Below are positions 46,717 through 53,674 of a stretch of 64,000 nucleotides of DNA, piece by piece (position 1 is the first letter of the stretch; each line of letters starts with the position of its first letter). A model generated the notes under the pieces. That model had not been told where the DNA came from, ran no database searches, and was given only the letters and a program-made list of their open reading frames with translations. Source of the DNA: a virus; the IMG/VR virus record IMGVR_UViG_3300031370_000002, positions 62,789-126,788 of that record. One strand, given 5' to 3'. The position numbers and the translations under genes were made by a program.

Positions 46717-46730
46717 ATTATTTACAGATT

Positions 46731-47129
46731 TTAGATTTTACAGCCTTCGCAATCTGCGTCGTCTTCTGCGATTGCTTCACCGCCACCTTCCTGCTTAGCC
46801 GCAATAGCCTCTTCGTCGATTTCGAGACTGTCGAGGAAATCCATATCGTCCATCGGATCGGCTTCTTTGGCAGGAGTAGCAGGAATCAAAATTCCTTTTC
46901 CTACGGTGTACATCTGTCCGACTTTCATATTTGAAACAGAGCGCAGAACAATTTCCATATCCAGCGCAGTCAGAGTTACGTTCTCCATGCCAACGCTGTT
47001 AGGAGTAACAGCAGACACAGTAAGAATCATACCCAATGGAATGCCAGCAACAATATCGCTGTTGCGTTCTGAAAGTTCTACAACATTTTTCTTAGCAGCT
47101 TGTGCCAGAATTTCATCAACCTTACTCAT
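46731..47129 (-). CDS. Small protein with acidic linker and C-terminal CxxCKI
   Basis: 132 aa ending EDDADCEGCKI. Confidence 0.7.
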   Translation of the reverse strand: MSKVDEILAQAAKKNVVELSERNSDIVAGIPLGMILTVSAVTPNSVGMENVTLTALDMEIVLRSVSNMKVGQMYTVGKGILIPATPAKEADPMDDMDFLDSLEIDEEAIAAKQEGGGEAIAEDDADCEGCKI

Positions 47130-47829
47130 CGTTGTTCCTTACAACTTTTAAAAATTTCGCCGCAGTGTCATTGCGTGGCGGTTTGGTGAAAAGATAAATG
47201 CTGCCTGCATTGGTAAGAATAACAGGCTGGCGATTGTCACTACCATAAATCGGATAGCTGTAGATTGGTTCCGGATCGTTATAGCGCGACATTGTTGCAA
47301 CAATCAGATCGCCGTATTTCAAATACGTGTTTGCAGTTTCGATAACGGCGCTCAACATTGGATTCATGTCAGGCTTTCCGGGAAACGCAATACAAGTATT
47401 CTGATCTTCTTCACCGTACGTTGAATAAAGAGCGCAGTACATACCGATAGTTGCATCAATATATTTACGCGCAGCTTTGTATCGCAACGTGTCTTCACAG
47501 ATGTTAACACCGAGTTCGTACGCGTCGATGATTTCTTTCTGCTCAACAATACCGTTATAGCGATCCATCACTTCACGAATGTTATCGAAACACAGCGCAG
47601 AGACAAAAATGTTTACCAGATGGTTTGCGCTAGGAATACCAAGATGATAAGTGCGCCAAATGTCATTGAGAAGATTCTTTTGCGTCGGGTCTAAAAGTAA
47701 GGCAGACATTACTGCCAACTCTTGCGCCTCAGACGGAACGTTGGTGCGGCTCAGATTGATATGCCACTTTGCAAACGCTTCAAAACTTCCCAAACTTGCG
47801 GCAGAGATAAGTCTCAGTTCTTCTAACAT
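47122..47829 (-). CDS. Hypothetical protein
   Basis: 235 aa open frame. Confidence 0.65.
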   Translation of the reverse strand: MLEELRLISAASLGSFEAFAKWHINLSRTNVPSEAQELAVMSALLLDPTQKNLLNDIWRTYHLGIPSANHLVNIFVSALCFDNIREVMDRYNGIVEQKEIIDAYELGVNICEDTLRYKAARKYIDATIGMYCALYSTYGEEDQNTCIAFPGKPDMNPMLSAVIETANTYLKYGDLIVATMSRYNDPEPIYSYPIYGSDNRQPVILTNAGSIYLFTKPPRNDTAAKFLKVVRNNDE

Positions 47830-47834
47830 AAGTT

Positions 47835-47981
47835 TTAACCTTTAACGGCGATTTCAACAGCGGCATTGATCAGTACCAATGCGTTAACAGCCAGACTCAC
47901 ATAAACAATGGCGCGTAAGGTACGGCTACGTGCAACAGTTTGGATGAAATCTTTATCACAACTTTTGATAAAGCGAATCAT
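47835..47981 (-). CDS. 48-aa single-TM protein (missing from the ORF track)
   Basis: Translated by hand: MIRFIKSCDKDFIQTVARSRTLRAIVYVSLAVNALVLINAAVEIAVKG. RBS GAGG. Confidence 0.65.
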   Translation of the reverse strand: MIRFIKSCDKDFIQTVARSRTLRAIVYVSLAVNALVLINAAVEIAVKG

Positions 47982-47993
47982 AATTGCCTCACA

Positions 47994-48836
47994 CTAATAG
48001 TTGGTTACGATGACTTCTTTTGTTCCGTGCGAATCGCGATGGGAATTCGCCAGACAGTAATGCTTGTCTATCTTATGAACCTTTACAGGATTCTTCTTCA
48101 ACCACTTTATCAGGTGCTGGTTTTTGAAGTGCCGATGCTCCGTGACATTACTCAACATCCAACGAACATTTCGTTTCGTCAGCCCTTCTAAATTACGAAG
48201 CAAACGCATTTCATCTTCTTCTGTCCACTTTGCGTAAGTGTTCGCGCCACTCGCCAGATAAGGCGGATCAAAGTAGAAGAAAGTTTTTGCGTTAAGCTGT
48301 TTGCGGCGATGCAATTCTTCAATAACCTGCGTGTAACTTCCACAGTGGAATTGTACGCCTTGCATCAACTCGCTGAACTTATTTATTTCACGTTCCACTT
48401 CTTCCATGCGATGCAGCAAACCGCGATCACCAAAAGGCGTGTTAAACTCACCTTTCAGATTAAAGCGAAGCAGGTTGCTGTGTGCGTGGCGATGCAGAAT
48501 ATAAAACAGCAGCGGATCGTCCTGCTTGTTCGCATGAATTTTGAAATCTTCATACTGACGCTCATTGCTGTTTGTCAGCGCCCACTTTGCTAACGTGCGT
48601 TTGATGCGACGTACGGTTGCTTTGGGATCTGCCTGCGCAATATGGCGAACCACATCGTAAACTTGCGGATGCTTTTCAATATAAAGCCGGGAATCAAAAG
48701 GCATGTTGGCAGTAACAACGCCGCTACCGCCAAACGCATCAATCATTCTTTTGCAGCCAGTGGGAAGAAGCTGAATCATTGCAGGAAGCAATTGACGCTT
48801 GTTCCCTTGAAACTTAATTGGACTCGCGTGAATCAT
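47994..48836 (-). CDS. dam: DNA N6-adenine methyltransferase, Dam/D12 class
   Basis: PIKFQGNK, DAFGGSG (SAM binding), FNTPFG and FYFDPPY motifs. Confidence 0.9.
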   Translation of the reverse strand: MIHASPIKFQGNKRQLLPAMIQLLPTGCKRMIDAFGGSGVVTANMPFDSRLYIEKHPQVYDVVRHIAQADPKATVRRIKRTLAKWALTNSNERQYEDFKIHANKQDDPLLFYILHRHAHSNLLRFNLKGEFNTPFGDRGLLHRMEEVEREINKFSELMQGVQFHCGSYTQVIEELHRRKQLNAKTFFYFDPPYLASGANTYAKWTEEDEMRLLRNLEGLTKRNVRWMLSNVTEHRHFKNQHLIKWLKKNPVKVHKIDKHYCLANSHRDSHGTKEVIVTNY

Positions 48837-48844
48837 GTTTATTC

Positions 48845-49117
48845 CTAACTAAAGTAAAGTCGGCAAGCGCACTCAGGACATTCAGGCTCAAAGATATTGA
48901 GGCGCTTTTGTTTTGTACGTGGTGCTTTTAAAATATCATAAGCAGACAGGCAACGAAAACAAAGCACGATCTTTTCTTTAGGTTTGATATAAATATCAAT
49001 GTTCAAAACATTGTTCAGAACGTCCAAAGGCGAATTGTTCGTGCAGTCGCATACAACGGTTGGTGCAGGAACAAGTTCAATGTTCTTTTCTTCAATCAAT
49101 TCTTTCGTCAGTATCAT
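48845..49117 (-). CDS. Small zinc-finger protein
   Basis: CDC, CFRC and CPECAC. Start moved to the ATG at 49117 (ATGA overlap with the Toprim gene stop). Confidence 0.6.
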   Translation of the reverse strand: MILTKELIEEKNIELVPAPTVVCDCTNNSPLDVLNNVLNIDIYIKPKEKIVLCFRCLSAYDILKAPRTKQKRLNIFEPECPECACRLYFS

Positions 49118-49624
49118 AGCCATCGAGAAACAACCTCCAGCAATTCTTCTTTTGATAGTTCGTCTAAATCCCTTGCAGTTGTTCCATCGCGAAACGTACA
49201 CGCAAATTCTTCACCAGCCGGATCGTTATCGCCTACGCAAACAAAACGTAAACCAAGTAATCTCAATTGCTGATAAAGTTGTGCGTTCACTTTACTGCCG
49301 AGAACCGACCACGCATTTAAACCAACGTTGTGCAATGCTGCCGCTTTGAAAACGGACTCAGTTAAAAATACGGTCTGTCCGTTTAGGTATAATTTCCGTT
49401 CCCCACACCAACTGTTTGCCGCCGAATGCCCGTGTGAAATAGCGGCACTCTTTTGGATTGGGATGTTTCTTTGGCGCGTCCGGAGTGTAAACCTGCACAC
49501 CGCGTAACGCACGATCAAAACTAAACAGCGGTACTGTCAGGCTCGTCGGAGAAAGCCACATGAAATGCTTCTCTTGTCGCAAGCCTCTGTTGTTCAGATG
49601 CTCTAAGAGCGTTGTTTCTTGCAT
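49114..49624 (-). pseudogene. Primase-like Toprim gene interrupted by a +1 frameshift at about 49382-49384
   Basis: Span is 511 nt (3n+1). The first frame gives ...KQLVWGTEIIP. The +1 frame continues NGQTVFLTES...VGDNDPAG (Toprim E and DxD). Confidence 0.75.
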
Positions 49625-49841
49625 AGTATGTTCCTTCTGAAAATTCAGAAAATTGAGACAGGAACACAGACTCTGCGATCACCCAAGTTTCAAACGCTGG
49701 ATAATCTTTTGTAGGCACGACGTTTTCATATACGATCATTGCCTGCGAACAGTCCTGTCCATGCCTTGCAATTTCCTTTACGCGAAATGGTAATCCGGTT
49801 GGAGATTGATAGTAATGGTTTACGCTAATGTCGCTAATCAT
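49521..49841 (-). CDS. DUF1653-like protein
   Basis: HYYQSPTGLPFRVKEIARH...MIVYEN...TWVIAESVFLSQF. Confidence 0.65.
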   Translation of the reverse strand: MISDISVNHYYQSPTGLPFRVKEIARHGQDCSQAMIVYENVVPTKDYPAFETWVIAESVFLSQFSEFSEGTYYARNNALRASEQQRLATREAFHVAFSDEPDSTAV

Positions 49842-49855
49842 AGATGACCGCCTGT

Positions 49856-49880
49856 AGAAAGGGCGACCTGCGCCGCCCTT
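49856..49880 (-). terminator. Probable terminator hairpin
   Basis: Minus strand AAGGGCG...CGCCCTT followed by a short TCT tract. Confidence 0.5.
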
Positions 49881-49885
49881 GTGAT

Positions 49886-50524
49886 TTAAATATCCGCATC
49901 AACGCCGTTGTGTCGCGGCTTGTACGAACCTTTGTCTATCTTTTTCTTTTCCCGTTTTTCAGGAATGCTTTTGCTTGTGCTAGGCACAGAAAAGTGTGGC
50001 GGCTCCACAAACCAGCGGCAAATATTTCCACCGTTATCTTCACAGCGCAAGCGAAGGTCAGCGATTTTACGCGAACGAATCAACGAGCGAAGTTCAGATC
50101 CAAGTTTGTTTGTTGGTGCCGACAATAACTGTCGATCTAAATCAAACACTGAAAAGAAATTGCTTCCTGCTTTCACGATAGAAAACATTCCACGGTCAAC
50201 CATTGTGACACGTTTCATGTGAAGCAACTTAACAGCCCATTCCATGCCGTGCCGATGAATAGCACACGCAACATAAATAGGCGGCAAATGAGCGATGTAT
50301 CCGATCTCAATTGCGTTCAGGTTACTAAAACCAAAGCGGCCTACCTGAGTCCAACAGAACGTGAAAAAGTTCACGCTTTCGGAATCAAGTTTCGTATCCA
50401 GATTTGAAAGCATACGAGTTTTGCCGTGCGAAAGAATCTCTTCGATATATTCTTCCGAGGGTTTTGCATAACTCGACAAGTCCATTCCAGAGAGTAGTTT
50501 AAGAATTTGCTTTTTATCAAACAT
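49886..50524 (-). CDS. Hypothetical protein
   Basis: 212 aa with a basic tail. Confidence 0.6.
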   Translation of the reverse strand: MFDKKQILKLLSGMDLSSYAKPSEEYIEEILSHGKTRMLSNLDTKLDSESVNFFTFCWTQVGRFGFSNLNAIEIGYIAHLPPIYVACAIHRHGMEWAVKLLHMKRVTMVDRGMFSIVKAGSNFFSVFDLDRQLLSAPTNKLGSELRSLIRSRKIADLRLRCEDNGGNICRWFVEPPHFSVPSTSKSIPEKREKKKIDKGSYKPRHNGVDADI

Positions 50525-50529
50525 TGTAA

Positions 50530-50844
50530 TTATTCCACCACCGCAACAAATTGGTTGCGATGAAAAGAGACTGATTTTAATCCTAGCGTAAGCAACTTAA
50601 TGTTGTTTCCGTACGCAGGAACCAAAAACCGGAAAGGACAAAAATATTGAACTTGATAAATACCTTCCGACGACTGCGCGAAAAAGCGTTCGTTCTTTTG
50701 GAGTGCTTCGATAACATTCGCAGCATTAGCTCGAAAGCCAATGGTTACGAAACCAAGTTCGGTATCCCAAGAAACAGATTCAATCAACTCCTGTTCAGTT
50801 TCAGATTCGTTTCCAAATGCTATAAACTCCAAGTTTCGGATCAT
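50530..50844 (-). CDS. Hypothetical protein
   Basis: 104 aa with RBS GAGG. Confidence 0.6.
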   Translation of the reverse strand: MIRNLEFIAFGNESETEQELIESVSWDTELGFVTIGFRANAANVIEALQKNERFFAQSSEGIYQVQYFCPFRFLVPAYGNNIKLLTLGLKSVSFHRNQFVAVVE

Positions 50845-50853
50845 AACATTTCC

Positions 50854-51441
50854 TCAGTTGTGAGAACCGCGAACAAAGCCAGTGTTGTAGTTTTCAGGAA
50901 GGTACGCCAGAATATTGATACTGTGTTTTTCGCACACTGCATCTAAAACTGCTTGTACTGCTTCCCACTCAACACCGCCCAAGCCGCCATAGAAACGTTG
51001 AACAGCAATCTGTCGATCCGGATTGATATTCCTTTTTCGGAGTTCTTCAATCAGTGCATCGAACGAGCTACTCAAAAACTTTTGACTAAAACGGTTAACT
51101 GGATTCTGGCCCCGATTTGAACCAGAGCGACCTAGACCGTAGCCGGATGAGATAAACATGTTAGCAATTATGCCGTGACCTTTTCCTTGAAAATGAACGT
51201 CGGTCAAATGCACAGTGCCTAACAGTAATCGATCCTGCTTGCTGAGAATTTTGTCCTCTTTCAATTTTGGAAAGATAGATTTGAGTCGCGTCTGGAGAGG
51301 ACTACTATAAGATCCTCTCGCGTTGCACTCAACAGCTAAAATTCGAAATTGCTTTTTGGTAAAATCTCCAAGCAGCGATTTGCCGTGTACTGGTATTACA
51401 CGAAAGTCTTTTGGCGTGTACCCAATAGATGAAAGATCCAT
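50854..51441 (-). CDS. Macrodomain (Poa1/DarG-like, divergent)
   Basis: ILAVECNARG...LKSIFP, IIANMF and GGLGGVEWEAVQAVL motifs. Confidence 0.7.
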   Translation of the reverse strand: MDLSSIGYTPKDFRVIPVHGKSLLGDFTKKQFRILAVECNARGSYSSPLQTRLKSIFPKLKEDKILSKQDRLLLGTVHLTDVHFQGKGHGIIANMFISSGYGLGRSGSNRGQNPVNRFSQKFLSSSFDALIEELRKRNINPDRQIAVQRFYGGLGGVEWEAVQAVLDAVCEKHSINILAYLPENYNTGFVRGSHN

Positions 51442-51456
51442 GTTTCAATTCCTGAT

Positions 51457-52491
51457 TTAGAATTCAAAAAGTTTCTTGAAGTTGAGACGCTTTTTAATGT
51501 CCTTGATTGCCTTTACGTCCGGCTCACCAATTTGGAAAGCAGAGAGATTTTTAGGCAGTGTTGGAACATTGCGATCTATCGTCACAAGTTCTTTTTGAAG
51601 ATCCATGTCCATCCACGGAATAGCGCCAACCAATGCTTTTTTCCATTTTGCATTTGATTTTATTGTTGGTGCCATCTTGATCAGGTTATCGAGACTTCCA
51701 TACTCGTTTAAAAGTTTTAATGCGGTTCCATCGCTAACACCCGGCAGGCCGGGAACGTTGTCACTGGTATCGCCACACATCGCAAGATAATCAACAATAC
51801 GATTGTGAGGAACACCAAAATGATCGGGAACATTCTTTTTAACGAAACGCTTTTCAACTGCGTTTGACTGCGCCGCCATAATCAACTGTGTGCGAGGATT
51901 ATCCACTAGCTGCAAGCAGTCTTTATCACGCGTGTAAATATCCACGTAACAAGTTTTACTGAACCGCGTTGAAAGTGTTCCAAGAATGTCATCAGCTTCG
52001 TACGGAGATTTGAAACGCGCCCAAATGCCATACGCTTGCAGAATTTCTTGAGCCAGTGCCATCTGCACAGGAAGATCCGGCGTCTTTGTTCTGTCTCTGT
52101 TTCCTTTATAGTTTTCACTTTTGGGAAACACATCAGAAACAGCAGCGGGATTTTCTTTCGCCCATTGCACCATAGCGCGATGCCGCCACGTTCCTTTTGA
52201 ACGTCCGTCAAAACACATCGCCATGTAAGCGCCTTTAGGATCTTTTCGAAGTTGCTGCACCATCGCCTCAACCATATTCAAAAAGATATAAACGCCGCCT
52301 GTTGGTGTACCGTCTGGCGCGGTTAAACGCTTCGGGTTATTCTGCGCAACAAAATACGCACGACACATCCAGTTGCTTGCGTCGAACGCATGTAAAGTCG
52401 GAAGTTTGCGAAACGCTACTTTGGGCGTTAACGCATTTATTTTTGGAACCGAAACATTGTCATCTGAAACGGAGTTAAAAGATCTACTCAC
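51457..52491 (-). CDS. 5'-3' exonuclease / flap endonuclease (RNase H-like, PolI N-terminal family)
   Basis: FDASNWMCRAYF, YEADDILGTL, TRDKDCLQL and GDTSDNVPG motifs. Confidence 0.92.
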   Translation of the reverse strand: MSRSFNSVSDDNVSVPKINALTPKVAFRKLPTLHAFDASNWMCRAYFVAQNNPKRLTAPDGTPTGGVYIFLNMVEAMVQQLRKDPKGAYMAMCFDGRSKGTWRHRAMVQWAKENPAAVSDVFPKSENYKGNRDRTKTPDLPVQMALAQEILQAYGIWARFKSPYEADDILGTLSTRFSKTCYVDIYTRDKDCLQLVDNPRTQLIMAAQSNAVEKRFVKKNVPDHFGVPHNRIVDYLAMCGDTSDNVPGLPGVSDGTALKLLNEYGSLDNLIKMAPTIKSNAKWKKALVGAIPWMDMDLQKELVTIDRNVPTLPKNLSAFQIGEPDVKAIKDIKKRLNFKKLFEF

Positions 52492-52949
52492 TGTTCCTCC
52501 AAAACTACAACTGACTCCTTTATTCGCAATCTATCTTTTAATGCTTCGTGAAAGTTTAAACCGCCAACATACAAATCAACAACAGTTCCCTGCGACTGAC
52601 TTATCTCATGCAAACAGCTTGCGCCACGAAAGAACAACGGCGATAAAGGAACGGATGATTTCTTCCGGACGAATAAATGAAACACGCGTCCAGTAAAATA
52701 AAGATCGTTTGAGTATTCTAACGATAGATTGATCAGTCGAAAGTTTTTCCGGAAAAGCATAGGGAGAAGTTTGGCGTAGCGTGTGCTGTGGCTTCCAACC
52801 GTCACGATCTGACAGGAAGGCGGCGCAACAGAAAGAAGCAACTTTAACATTCCCTTTTTATCGAGATCTACCAAAGCGCTGTCGAAAGGCGGTACACTTT
52901 TCGGCAGACTGTAATAAAGTCGATGCCTTACACTATCGGAATTCGTCAT
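52488..52949 (-). CDS. Hypothetical protein
   Basis: Start moved to the ATG at 52949 with RBS GGAGG. Confidence 0.6.
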   Translation of the reverse strand: MTNSDSVRHRLYYSLPKSVPPFDSALVDLDKKGMLKLLLSVAPPSCQIVTVGSHSTRYAKLLPMLFRKNFRLINLSLEYSNDLYFTGRVFHLFVRKKSSVPLSPLFFRGASCLHEISQSQGTVVDLYVGGLNFHEALKDRLRIKESVVVLEEQ

Positions 52950-52958
52950 GATTCCTCC

Positions 52959-52983
52959 AAAAGAAACGGGGCGCACGGCCCCG
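52959..52983 (-). terminator. Rho-independent terminator
   Basis: Minus strand CGGGGC-CGTGC-GCCCCG followed by TTTCTTTT. Confidence 0.8.
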
Positions 52984-52990
52984 AATCTAT

Positions 52991-53365
52991 TTACTCAAAA
53001 TCGTCTTCGTCGAGTTCTTCTTCCTCTTCATCCTCGTCTTCAACATCACCGAGAGAAGCAGAAACAACAACCAGATCACCGACAACGATCACGCTGGAGA
53101 TAATCAAACATTCCACAAGTGGGAAGTTGTATTTCTCAAGCAGAGTAATTGCGTCGGCGTAGACCATATCAACTTCTTCGCCGTTCTTCGCATCTTTCGG
53201 AGTCATACCCGTATCAGATTCTGCTTCGAATTTTTCGTTCAGAATCTTTTCAGCTTGTGCCGCGCCGTCAACCAGAATTTCGCTTTCTTCATCTTCCGGA
53301 ATAACTACGAACACAAAGCCTTTTGATTTCGCTGCAAGTACGCGATGCGGAAACAAATCACTCAT
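52991..53365 (-). CDS. Small acidic protein
   Basis: 124 aa ending EDEDEEEEELDEDDFE. Confidence 0.65.
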   Translation of the reverse strand: MSDLFPHRVLAAKSKGFVFVVIPEDEESEILVDGAAQAEKILNEKFEAESDTGMTPKDAKNGEEVDMVYADAITLLEKYNFPLVECLIISSVIVVGDLVVVSASLGDVEDEDEEEEELDEDDFE

Positions 53366-53367
53366 TT

Positions 53368-53673
53368 TTAATCCCCGTTATAAACAACTTTGTTTGCGGA
53401 AAGATTTTCCACGTCTACACTCTTACCATTTACAGTATTTTGAATACTCTGAATGATATTGAAAGCCCACAAGATCACATCAACAGGCGCTGAGAAATCA
53501 TTTACGATTTCGAGTTTGGAACGTGATTCGATTTCACCATAAACAAGAGCCAGTGTAACGTCTTCACGTTCCGGGCCAACAGTAACTGCCAGCCCGTAGT
53601 TTTTGAAAACCGCGTGTTGAAAGCAAATGTGAGTTTGAGTTCCGAGACATTTAACATCGAAACGAAAACGCAT
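53368..53673 (-). CDS. Hypothetical protein
   Basis: Start moved to the ATG at 53673, 1 nt after the portal stop. Confidence 0.55.
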   Translation of the reverse strand: MRFRFDVKCLGTQTHICFQHAVFKNYGLAVTVGPEREDVTLALVYGEIESRSKLEIVNDFSAPVDVILWAFNIIQSIQNTVNGKSVDVENLSANKVVYNGD

Positions 53674-53674
53674 A

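Noticed and set aside
53010-53045. Low-complexity TCT/TCG repeat
   Set aside because: Explained by the acidic Glu/Asp tail of 52991-53365.
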